From Obrimoposthia wandeli (lineage: Eukaryota): a stretch of DNA of 64,000 bases. The translations under genes and the position numbers were made by a program. Below, in pieces: positions 1-13,000 of this stretch. Below the pieces are notes generated by a model. That model ran no database searches. It worked only from the letters and a program-made list of their open reading frames with translations, and had not been told where the DNA came from. Location: assembly GCA_977020255.1 (NCBI GenBank), contig CDROCS010001361.1:186001-250000 (forward strand). The letters are read 5' to 3'. How positions within the stretch are numbered: position 1 is the stretch's first letter; each line of letters starts with the position of its first letter.

Positions 1-500
1 CAGACGCCAAAGAAAATTTTCAAAAAAGCGAAAAGATCTTAAAATAGAGACAAAGTCCTTGGGAAAATGTAACATTTACAATTTGTAAGCCAAGTGCATG
101 AACAGATTGTTCAACAGCGTATGCGACCCATTAGAATAAATCCATCAATATTTCCAGTTTGTGACATAGCATACTTCAAACTTCTTTGAGAAGTCAATAA
201 ATATTCATCGATGTTTGAGCTGTATTATTTGATGGTAATTTGTAAAAGAGTTTGTCTTCTTTGGTGAAAAAGGATAGATAATGTGCATCTCTTTGCGGTA
301 GTAAGTCATTTGAGTGCCTTGTCACCAAGACTTTATTCATTGAGCCTTGAAGTCAACAGTTCCGAAGCTTACTTTAATAAGAAACGTTCTCCGACCAGAT
401 TATTTAATTCTTCTTCATCAAAAAAAGGCTGAGATGCTGACGAGTTACCAATAAAGTATCCATCAAGCGAATTCTCAGTTGGCACCGTTTCTTCATCACT
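1..500 (-). mobile_element. Decayed DNA transposase remnant, probably CMC/Chapaev-like, intronic
   Basis: Manual minus-strand translation across stops and frameshifts gives QPFFDEEELNNLV..LLK*ASELLTSRLNE, then TYYRK.DAHYLSFFTKEDKLFY, then FIDFS.RSLKYA. These follow the order of motifs I recall from this transposase family (ELNDLVRDL.LSK..AELLASRL; WRLFIDSSKRSLK). The family name is from memory. Confidence 0.45.
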
Positions 501-823
501 GAAACATCAAGTAAATTGTGAACTGGACGCCTTGTAGTTTTCCTGTTATTATGATTTATTTCAGTTAAGATAATGAAATAATAAAAGTCATAATAGTAGA
601 TTTTTTTGATTTAAACAAAATTACAATATTTTTTTAATAATATAATATACTATAATGTACAATTTGATAGAAATAATAAAAAAAAACATTATACAAATCC
701 TAGCCCTGATGGAACACAATATTGTTATTTTGAATTTATCATATTCTAAGTTCAGCTTTAAAATCTCAAACACGAAGATGAGCGTTGGCCTGCGTAATGA
801 TTGTCGATCTTTGTGAACCTCAG

Positions 824-1020
824 GCATGCATCTACAACCATTATTCGCCGCGGGGCTTCTAGGTGATAAGGATGTCGAACTGAACCATACAGATGTTGAG
901 ATTGTCCAAGGTAACACTCGGGAAAAAGGACTGGTGTTATCAGCGCTGTGTGGATTGAGCTTCAACAGCAGCATCAGTACATTTTCACCGGGATCCGCAA
1001 CTGCATCATACATTAGCGAG
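824..1020 (+). CDS. Internal exon, N-terminal half of a discoidin-like domain
   Basis: cctcag|GC ATG CAT...AGC GAG|gtaagc; translates (C/G)MHLQPLFAAGLLGDKDVEL...EKGLVLS...SYISE. It starts in phase 1, so an upstream exon is required, and ends in phase 0, matching the next exon. Confidence 0.7.
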
Positions 1021-4000
1021 GTAAGCTTCGAATTACTTTGATCCATACCAACTAGTATGACTATATTTGTTTTCAAAAGTTTGAAAATAATTGAACTATT
1101 ATTTATTGAAATATATTGATTGAGTTTTACTAATTTATTTAACATCAAATTTTCAAATTGGGATTTAGCCGCGATACAGCCTATTTCTTACTAACATTAG
1201 CAATCATTGTAGACTGTTTATCTTCATTTTAAAAGTAATGAACGAAATTTAATTGAATGTAGTATATTGTCATTCTAATGGTACAATAGCATTTTCGATT
1301 TATACTTCGTTATTCGAAAAGATAATTAAGACATATTATTCATTTTCGTCTTTATGATGATTCGCAACATTGCATTGATTTGTTTCTATTGACTATGAAA
1401 TCAGATTTCTGATATAGAAAATCTTATTAATGAAATATTTATATGGATGAAATCAAGACAATTGAAGTTGACTGATAGTAAAACTGAGGCAATATTATCT
1501 GAATCTAAGTGTAATAGAAATCGTATTAAAATAAAAGAAGTTTCGTACTTGTCGGGGAAAATATTATTTATTTAAAAATAAAATAAAGAACAACAGATGC
1601 GTTCTTGATAAAAATATTACATTGAACTGCCAAAGTAATAAGCTGATAAGAACAGTCACACCGAAAAAACCTTACTACTGAGATAACTACAATGATAACG
1701 CAAAAATTGATTTTCAAAATTCTTTACGGTTTAATATTCCAGTATATAAATTAAATCGCTTGCAAACAATTTAAACATAGTCATCAGATTTAGATTCAAA
1801 TTAAAGAAAGTGCTGTTACAAGTAAACATTTAATTAATATCCGTTGGTTTCCCATCAATACCATAATTAGATTCAAGTTCCTTCTTATTATCGAAAATGT
1901 ATTCCTGTGTATCTTAAGAGCATCGGCGATGACTGCAGATTGGTTAAGAAGTTATCAAATAATAAAACAGAGTGCTGGATTATTTGACAATTTATGCTCG
2001 GAATTCTTACAACAATTTACAAATGATTATAGGGAACTGTAACAATGTTGAAAAATTCAAGGAGTAGCTGATGACTTCAGAAAACATTACGAATAATAAT
2101 GGAAAACAGGAAGTGTTTTTCAGTAATAAATCTTATATTAAATATATTATTGCTATCATTATTGTTATAACAAACACTAACATTTCTTTGCCAAACCACA
2201 GGTCAATATATACGGCGATGGTGTGGAGTTTCTGGAAGAATACAGCTTACTGACTGACGACGGTCGAATTCTGAAAAGTAAAGCGGATGTTCAGCAATGT
2301 TCTGGCCGAAAAAGAATTATTGTCGATTCATTTGCATCTCTGATTCATTTGGTCTTTAGAACTTCTGTTTGTACTCATGGTGTCAAGAGAAATACCATAT
2401 TTGTGGAGATCCTGGGATGGTTTACTACCAAAAAAGGCAAGATTTGTTTTCCCTTTTATTTCTTATTGATTTATTTTATGAAAGTGTTCATTTATAGTTT
2501 GTAATACACAACGTTCAAAATGATATATAAATCTAGAAGTAACTAAGATTGTATCGTATTGTTTTTGTTTGTTTAAAGTAATTGCAGCATAAACATTGTT
2601 TACTTAAATATTTGGTTAAATTAAGGAAATTACAAAAATACTCTGTCTGGTGGGTATAGAAAACGAACAGGAAAACAGAAAGAGTTTTCACGAAGAGAGA
2701 AAAGCCTATTTATAATATCAAGATTGAACATTTGAAGGTGAAAGCGAGGAGATTGAAGAAAAACAACTTTCTCTTTATAGTAAGGAACTGTCATAATCTA
2801 TATCTCACATGGCAGCTAAGAGTATTTTCGAAAGTTCGAGTGTTATAGAGTTAGTATAACAGCAGTTGAAAACAGTAGCAGCTGATAGTTATTAAGAAAC
2901 TCGTCTGGAATTTGCAAAATATCCTTTGAAGCCTTTAGCGCTGTGCCGGGAGTGGGACATAAGTTTTTAAAATGTTTTGTAGAGATCATGTTCTCTATGA
3001 CCTTCGCCAACAACATTGTTATTTCACAATTTTCAACCCAAAATAGTAACACACAGTTAAGAGCAGTAAATAATTAAGGGAAATTAATTTTCTACAGAAT
3101 CTAACACTTACTTTTATAATTGATGGTCTTTTAATAATAAATAATCAAACCAAATTTGACATTTTTACACGCTGTTATGATTTTATTTTATGTACTAAAA
3201 TAGAATTTTCAGAATAAGTTTTTGTTCAAATATATATGTTACGGACTGTAAGTACCTAACGCGTTTGATGCTTTTAGTACTTTAAAAATATAGTCGTCTT
3301 TTAAAATAGTTTATTAAAACAAAGTTGGTTCGAAAAGGAAACGCTCCTCTCCCATAATTTTATAACAATATAATCTATATAATCTTTGTATAAAATTTTT
3401 TAAATTTCAGATTGTAACTCTAGAACGGGAACAGTATACCGATTTGAAGAACAGTTGAAAATTGGCAATAACAAAATGTCACTGCAATTAAAAACCGACG
3501 GTGAATATATAAGAAATGTGTATATGATAGCACAAAAAAATTTATTAATTGATCAATTAAGAATTGAATTCATTCCCGCTGAAGATGGAGATCGAAGAAA
3601 ATATAAAATAGAACATTTCAAAATAACCAAGTACAAAATATCTTTCACAAACAAAACGAAACTCCTATGCGTTCCTGTACCTAATATTTCTAAACTACAA
3701 TTAGAAATAGTGACAAAAACAACAGAAAGCGTACAAATAAACATAGAAACAGGTTGCACAAAAGTTGGAAAAACTACAGAAAAATTTCAAACAACAAAAT
3801 CACCAATCAAAAACAAAACTTCAACAACTACAAAAAAGTCGATTTCAACAAAAGAAATAAACGTAAAAACAACCACCAAAAAGTCCAAGATAATTATCAA
3901 AAGCTCAACGAAAAAAAGAATAACCAAAACTATAAAAAGCACAAAGACACCAAAAACATCAACAACAAAAAAGCCAGTTAAGGCCTGCAAACCGAAGAAA

Positions 4001-7000
4001 ATCTTGCAAGACAAGAGACTGACTGACATCAAAGTGACACCAAAGGTAACGAAAGAAGACGAAGATAAATTGAGACCAAATCCCAAAAAACCGAAAGACG
4101 GTTTGGTCTTGACTACAGGAAACAAGAAGATCGTGGTAAGAATCAGTGAGGGCAAGAAGCCGAAGAAGCCAAACAGAATCACGAAAACTGGCCTGAAATT
4201 CCCAGACGAAACTCCAGACAAGAAGGTGGGCGACATCTTTGAGTCAGTAACGGTGACGTTTGTGAAAGAAGTCAAACCGAAGAAGGGCAGCAACGAACCG
4301 AGAAGAGTAAAACAGATTATCACAGTACCGAAAACGAGCACTCTAAAGAAACTGAATAATGTCGTCAGCGACAAAAATACACCACGAAATGTGAAGAAGA
4401 TCATTATTGAGTTGGTGGTGAAGAAGCCAGTAAAGACTACATTGAACGTGAAAGGTTGCGTGAAGAGACGCATTGTGACGACAAGCACAACGAAGAAGAG
4501 CAAACCCGAAACGACAACAACAACAAAGAAGCCGCCCAAGGCCTGCAAACCGAAGAAAATCTTGCAAGACAAGAGACTGACTGATATCAAAGTGACACCA
4601 AAGGTAACGAAAGAAGATGAAGATAAATTGAGACCAAATCCCAAAAAGCCGAAAGACGGTTTGGTTTTGACTACAGGAACCAAGAAGATCGTGGTAAGAA
4701 TCAGTGAGGGCAAGAAACCGACGAAGCCGAACAAAATCACAACAACTGGAGTAAAATTGCCAGAAGAAAATCCAGATAAGAAGGTGAGTGACATATTTGA
4801 ATCAGTAACGGTGACGTTTGTGAAAGAGATTAAGCCAAAGAAGGGCAGCAACGTTCCGAGAAAAGTAAGAGAGACTATTAAAGTTCCGAAGGAGATCACT
4901 GTAGAAGAATTGGAAAATGTTGTCAGTGACAGAAAGAAACCACGAAATGTGAAGAAGATCATTATTGAGTTGGTGGTGAAGAAGCCAGTAAAGACTACAT
5001 TGAACGTGAAAGGTTGCGTGAAGAGACGCATTGTGACGACAAGCACAACGAAAAAGAGCAAACCCGAAACGACAACAACAACAAAGAAGCCGGTCAAGGC
5101 CTGCACAATCAAGAAAATATTGCAAGACAAGAGACTGACTGACATCAAAGTGACACCAAAGGTAACGAAAGAAGACGAAGATAAATTGAGACCAAATCCC
5201 AAAAAACCGAAAGACGGTTTGGTCTTGACTACAGGAAACAAGAAGATCGTGGTAAGAATCAGTGAGGGCAAGAAGCCGAAGAAGCCAAACAGAATCACGA
5301 AAACTGGCCTGAAATTCCCAGACGAAACTCCAGACAAGAAGGTGGGCGACATCTTTGAGTCAGTAACGGTGACGTTTGTGAAAGAAGTCAAACCGAAGAA
5401 GGGCAGCAACGAACCGAGAAGAGTAAAACAGATTATCACAGTACCGAAAACGAGCACTCTAAAGAAACTGAATAATGTCGTCAGCGACAAAAATACACCA
5501 CGAAATGTGAAGAAGATCATTATTGAGTTGGTGGTGAAGAAGCCAGTAAAGACTACATTGAACGTGAAAGGTTGCGTGAAGAGACGCATTGTGACGACAA
5601 GCACAACGAAGAAGAGCAAACCCGAAACGACAACAACAACAAAGAAGCCGGTCAAGGCCTGCACAATCAAGAAAATCTTGCAAGACAAGAGACTGACTGA
5701 CATCAAAGTGACACCAAAGGTAACGAAAGAAGACGAAGATAAATTGAGACCAAATCCCAAAAAGCCGAAAGACGGTTTGGTTTTGACTACAGGAACCAAG
5801 AAGATCGTGGTAAGAATCAGTGAGGGCAAGAAACCGACGAAGCCGAACAAAATCACGAAAACTGGCCTGAAATTCCCAGACGAAACGCCAGACAAGAAGG
5901 TGGGCGACATCTTTGAGTCAGTAACGGTGACGTTTGTGAAAGAAGTCAAACCGAAGAAGGGCAGCAACGAACCGAGAAGAGTAAAACAGATTATCACAGT
6001 ACCGAAAACGAGCACTCTAAAGAAACTGAATAATGTCGTCAGCGACAGAAAGAAACCACGAAATGTGAAGAAGATCATTATTGAGTTGGTGGTGAAGAAG
6101 CCAGTAAAGACTACATTGAACGTGAAAGGTTGCGTGAAGAGACGCATTGTGACGACAAGCACAACGAAGAAGAGCAAACCCGAAACGACAACAACAACAA
6201 AGAAGCCGCCCAAGGCCTGCAAACCGAAGAAAATCTTGCAAGACAAGAGACTGACTGATATCAAAGTGACACCAAAGGTAACGAAAGAAGATGAAGATAA
6301 ATTGAGACCAAATCCCAAAAAGCCGAAAGACGGTTTGGTTTTGACTACAGGAACCAAGAAGATCGTGGTAAGAATCAGTGAGGGCAAGAAACCGACGAAG
6401 CCGAACAAAATCACAACAACTGGAGTAAAATTGCCAGAAGAAAATCCAGATAAGAAGGTGAGTGACATATTTGAATCAGTAACGGTGACGTTTGTGAAAG
6501 AGATTAAGCCAAAGAAGGGCAGCAACGTTCCGAGAAAAGTAAGAGAGACTATTAAAGTTCCGAAGGAGATCACTGTAGAAGAATTGGAAAATGTTGTCAG
6601 TGACAGAAAGAAACCACGAAATGTGAAGAAGATCATTATTGAGTTGGTGGTGAAGAAGCCAGTAAAGACTACATTGAACGTGAAAGGTTGCGTGAAGAGA
6701 CGCATTGTGACGACAAGCACAACGAAGAAGAGCAAACCCGAAACGACAACAACAACAAAGAAGCCGGTCAAGGCCTGCACAATCAAGAAAATCTTGCAAG
6801 ACAAGAGACTGACTGACATCAAAGTGACACCAAAGGTAACGAAAGAAGACGAAGATAAATTGAGACCAAATCCCAAAAAACCGAAAGACGGTTTGGTCTT
6901 GACTACAGGAAACAAGAAGATCGTGGTAAGAATCAGTGAGGGCAAGAAACCGACGAAGCCGAACAAAATCACGAAAACTGGCCTGAAATTCCCAGACGAA

Positions 7001-10000
7001 ACGCCAGACAAGAAGGTGGGCGACATCTTTGAGTCAGTAACGGTGACGTTTGTGAAAGAAGTCAAACCGAAGAAGGGCAGCAACGAACCGAGAAGAGTAA
7101 AACAGATTATCACAGTACCGAAAACGAGCACTCTAAAGAAACTGAATAATGTCGTCAGCGACAAAAATACACCACGAAATGTGAAGAAGATCATTATTGA
7201 GTTGGTGGTGAAGAAGCCAGTAAAGACTACATTGAACGTGAAAGGTTGCGTGAAGAGACGCATTGTGACGACAAGCACAACGAAGAAGAGCAAACCCGAA
7301 ACGACAACAACAACAAAGAAGCCGCCCAAGGCCTGCAAACCGAAGAAAATCTTGCAAGACAAGAGACTGACTGATATCAAAGTGACACCAAAGGTAACGA
7401 AAGAAGATGAAGATAAATTGAGACCAAATCCCAAAAAGCCGAAAGACGGTTTGGTTTTGACTACAGGAACCAAGAAGATCGTGGTAAGAATCAGTGAGGG
7501 CAAGAAACCGACGAAGCCGAACAAAATCACAACAACTGGAGTAAAATTGCCAGAAGAAAATCCAGATAAGAAGGTGAGTGACATATTTGAATCAGTAACG
7601 GTGACGTTTGTGAAAGAGATTAAGCCAAAGAAGGGCAGCAACGTTCCGAGAAAAGTAAGAGAGACTATTAAAGTTCCGAAGGAGATCACTGTAGAAGAAT
7701 TGGAAAATGTTGTCAGTGACAGAAAGAAACCACGAAATGTGAAGAAGATCATTATTGAGTTGGTGGTGAAGAAGCCAGTAAAGACTACATTGAACGTGAA
7801 AGGTTGCGTGAAGAGACGCATTGTGACGACAAGCACAACGAAAAAGAGCAAACCCGAAACGACAACAACAACAAAGAAGCCGGTCAAGGCCTGCACAATC
7901 AAGAAAATATTGCAAGACAAGAGACTGACTGACATCAAAGTGACACCAAAGGTAACGAAAGAAGACGAAGATAAATTGAGACCAAATCCCAAAAAACCGA
8001 AAGACGGTTTGGTCTTGACTACAGGAAACAAGAAGATCGTGGTAAGAATCAGTGAGGGCAAGAAGCCGAAGAAGCCAAACAGAATCACGAAAACTGGCCT
8101 GAAATTCCCAGACGAAACTCCAGACAAGAAGGTGGGCGACATCTTTGAGTCAGTAACGGTGACGTTTGTGAAAGAAGTCAAACCGAAGAAGGGCAGCAAC
8201 GAACCGAGAAGAGTAAAACAGATTATCACAGTACCGAAAACGAGCACTCTAAAGAAACTGAATAATGTCGTCAGCGACAAAAATACACCACGAAATGTGA
8301 AGAAGATCATTATTGAGTTGGTGGTGAAGAAGCCAGTAAAGACTACATTGAACGTGAAAGGTTGCGTGAAGAGACGCATTGTGACGACAAGCACAACGAA
8401 GAAGAGCAAACCCGAAACGACAACAACAACAAAGAAGCCGCCCAAGGCCTGCAAACCGAAGAAAATCTTGCAAGACAAGAGACTGACTGATATCAAAGTG
8501 ACACCAAAGGTAACGAAAGAAGATGAAGATAAATTGAGACCAAATCCCAAAAAGCCGAAAGACGGTTTGGTTTTGACTACAGGAACCAAGAAGATCGTGG
8601 TAAGAATCAGTGAGGGCAAGAAACCGACGAAGCCGAACAAAATCACAACAACTGGAGTAAAATTGCCAGAAGAAAATCCAGATAAGAAGGTGAGTGACAT
8701 ATTTGAATCAGTAACGGTGACGTTTGTGAAAGAGATTAAGCCAAAGAAGGGCAGCAACGTTCCGAGAAAAGTAAGAGAGACTATTAAAGTTCCGAAGGAG
8801 ATCACTGTAGAAGAATTGGAAAATGTTGTCAGTGACAGAAAGAAACCACGAAATGTGAAGAAGATCATTATTGAGTTGGTGGTGAAGAAGCCAGTAAAGA
8901 CTACATTGAACGTGAAAGGTTGCGTGAAGAGACGCATTGTGACGACAAGCACAACGAAAAAGAGCAAACCCGAAACGACAACAACAACAAAGAAGCCGGT
9001 CAAGGCCTGCACAATCAAGAAAATATTGCAAGACAAGAGACTGACTGACATCAAAGTGACACCAAAGGTAACGAAAGAAGACGAAGATAAATTGAGACCA
9101 AATCCCAAAAAACCGAAAGACGGTTTGGTTTTGACTACAGGAAACAAGAAGATCGTGGTAAGAATCAGTGAGGGCAAGAAGCCGAAGAAGCCAAACAGAA
9201 TCACGAAAACTGGCCTGAAATTCCCAGACGAAACGCCAGACAAGAAGGTGGGCGACATCTTTGAGTCAGTAACGGTGACGTTTGTGAAAGAAGTCAAACC
9301 GAAGAAGGGCAGCAACGAACCGAGAAGAGTAAAACAGATTATCACAGTACCGAAAACGAGCACTCTAAAGAAACTGAATAATGTCGTCAGCGACAAAAAT
9401 ACACCACGAAATGTGAAGAAGATCATTATTGAGTTGGTGGTGAAGAAGCCAGTAAAGACTACATTGAACGTGAAAGGTTGCGTGAAGAGACGCATTGTGA
9501 CGACAAGCACAACGAAGAAGAGCAAACCCGAAACGACAACAACAACAAAGAAACCGGTCAAGGCCTGCAAACCGAAGAAAATCTTGCAAGACAAGAGACT
9601 GACTGATATCAAAGTGACACCAAAGGTAACGAAAGAAGATGAAGATAAATTGAGACCAAATCCCAAAAAGCCGAAAGACGGTTTGGTTTTGACTACAGGA
9701 ACCAAGAAGATCGTGGTAAGAATCAGTGAGGGCAAGAAACCGACGAAGCCGAACAGAATCACGAGAACTGGCCTGAAATTCCCAGACGAAACGCCAGACA
9801 AGAAGGTGGGCGACATCTTTGAGTCAGTAACGGTGACGTTTGTGAAAGAAGTCAAACCGAAGAAGGGCAGCAACGAACCGAGAAGAGTAAAACAGATTAT
9901 CACAGTACCGAAAACGAGCACTCTAAAGAAACTGAATAATGTCGTCAGCGACAGCAAGACACCACGAAATGTGAAGAAGATCATTATTGAGTTGGTGGTG

Positions 10001-13000
10001 AAGAAGCCAGTAAAGACTACATTGAACGTGAAAGGTTGCGTGAAGAGACGCATTGTGACGACAAGCACAACGAAGAAGAGCAAACCCGAAACGACAACAA
10101 CAACAAAGAAGCCGGTCAAGGCCTGCACAATCAAGAAAATCTTGCAAGACAAGAGACTGACTGACATCAAAGTGACACCAAAGGTAACGAAAGAAGACGA
10201 AGATAAATTGAGACCAAATCCCAAAAAGCCGAAAGACGGTTTGGTTTTGACTACAGGAACCAAGAAGATCGTGGTAAGAATCAGTGAGGGCAAGAAACCG
10301 ACGAAGCCGAACAGAATCACGAGAACTGGCCTGAAATTCCCAGACGAAACGCCAGACAAGAAGGTGGGCGACATCTTTGAGTCAGTAACGGTGACGTTTG
10401 TGAAAGAAGTCAAACCGAAGAAGGGCAGCAACGAACCGAGAAGAGTAAAACAGATTATCACAGTACCGAAAACGAGCACTCTAAAGAAACTGAATAATGT
10501 CGTCAGCGACAGCAAGACACCACGAAATGTGAAGAAGATCATTATTGAGTTGGTGGTGAAGAAGCCAGTAAAGACTACATTGAACGTGAAAGGTTGCGTG
10601 AAGAGACGCATTGTGACGACAAGCACAACGAAGAAGAGCAAACCCGAAACGACAACAACAACAAAGAAACCGGTCAAGGCCTGCAAACCGAAGAAAATCT
10701 TGCAAGACAAGAGACTGACTGATATCAAAGTGACACCAAAGGTAACGAAAGAAGATGAAGATAAATTGAGACCAAATCCCAAAAAGCCGAAAGACGGTTT
10801 GGTTTTGACTACAGGAACCAAGAAGATCGTGGTAAGAATCAGTGAGGGCAAGAAACCGACGAAGCCGAACAGAATCACAGCAACTGGAGTAAAATTGCCA
10901 GAAGAAAATCCAGATAAGAAGGTGAGTGACATATTTGAATCAGTAACGGTGACGTTTGTGAAAGAGATTAAGCCAAAGAAGGGCAGCAACGTTCCGAGAA
11001 AAGTAAGAGAGACTATTAAAGTTCCGAAAGAGATCACTGTAGAAGAATTGGAAAATGTTGTCAGTGGCAGAAAGAAACCACGAAATGTGAAGAAGATCAT
11101 TATTGAGTTGGTGGTGAAGAAGCCAGTAAAGACTACATTGAACGTGAAAGGTTGCGTGAAGAGACGCATTGTGACGACAAGCACAACGAAGAAGAGCAAA
11201 CCCGAAACGACAACAACAACAAAGAAGCCGGTCAAGGCCTGCACAATCAAGAAAATCTTGCAAGACAAGAGACTGACTGACATCAAAGTGACACCAAAGG
11301 TAACGAAAGAAGACGAAGATAAATTGAGACCAAATCCCAAAAAGCCGAAAGACGGTTTGGTCTTGACTACAGGAAACAAGAAGATCGTGGTAAGAATCAG
11401 TGAGGGCAAGAAGCCGAAGAAGCCAAACAGAATCACGAAAACTGGCCTGAAATTCCCAGACGAAACGCCAGACAAGAAGGTGGGCGACATCTTTGAGTCA
11501 GTAACGGTGACGTTTGTGAAAGAAGTCAAACCGAAGAAGGGCAGCAACGAACCGAGAAGAGTAAAACAGATTATCACAGTACCGAAAACGAGCACTCTAA
11601 AGAAACTGAATAATGTCGTCAGCGACAAAAATACACCACGAAATGTGAAGAAGATCATTATTGAGTTGGTGGTGAAGAAGCCAGTAAAGACTACATTGAA
11701 CGTGAAAGGTTGCGTGAAGAGACGCATTGTGACGACAAGCACAACGAAGAAGAGCAAACCCGAAACGACAACAACAACAAAGAAACCGGTCAAGGCCTGC
11801 AAACCGAAGAAAATCTTGCAAGACAAGAGACTGACTGATATCAAAGTGACACCAAAGGTAACGAAAGAAGATGAAGATAAATTGAGACCAAATCCCAAAA
11901 AGCCGAAAGACGGTTTGGTTTTGACTACAGGAACCAAGAAGATCGTGGTAAGAATCAGTGAGGGCAAGAAACCGACGAAGCCGAACAAAATCACAACAAC
12001 TGGAGTAAAATTGCCAGAAGAAAATCCAGATAAGAAGGTGAGTGACATATTTGAATCAGTAACGGTGACGTTTGTGAAAGAGATTAAGCCAAAGAAGGGC
12101 AGCAACGTTCCGAGAAAAGTAAGAGAGACTATTAAAGTTCCGAAGGAGATCACTGTAGAAGAATTGGAAAATGTTGTCAGTGACAGAAAGAAACCACGAA
12201 ATGTGAAGAAGATCATTATTGAGTTGGTGGTGAAGAAGCCAGTAAAGACTACATTGAACGTGAAAGGTTGCGTGAAGAGACGCATTGTGACGACAAGCAC
12301 AACGAAAAAAGAGCAAACCCGAAACGACAACAACAACAAAGAAGCCGGTCAAGGCCTGCACAATCAAGAAAATATTGCAAGACAAGAGACTGACTGACAT
12401 CAAAGTGACACCAAAGGTAACGAAAGAAGACGAAGATAAATTGAGACCAAATCCCAAAAATCCAAAAGACGGTTTGGTTTTGACTACAGGAACCAAGAAG
12501 ATCGTGGTAAGAATCAGTGAGGGCAAGAAACCGACGAAGCCGAACAGAATCACGAGAACTGGCCTGAAATTCCCAGACGAAACGCCAGACAAGAAGGTGG
12601 GCGACATCTTTGAGTCAGTAACGGTGACGTTTGTGAAAGAAGTCAAACCGAAGAAGGGCAGCAACGAACCGAGAAGAGTAAAACAGATTATCACAGTACC
12701 GAAAACGAGCACTCTAAAGAAACTGAATAATGTCGTCAGCGACAAAAATACACCACGAAATGTGAAGAAGATCATTATTGAGTTGGTGGTGAAGAAGCCA
12801 GTAAAGACTACATTGAACGTGAAAGGTTGCGTGAAGAGACGCATTGTGACGACAAGCACAACGAAGAAGAGCAAACCCGAAACGACAACAACAACAAAGA
12901 AACCGGTCAAGGCCTGCAAACCGAAGAAAATCTTGCAAGACAAGAGACTGACTGATATCAAAGTGACACCAAAGGTAACGAAAGAAGATGAAGATAAATT

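Noticed and set aside
621-1148. 175-aa minus-strand ORF
   Set aside because: It is the antisense of exon 824-1020 plus AT-rich low-complexity flanks.
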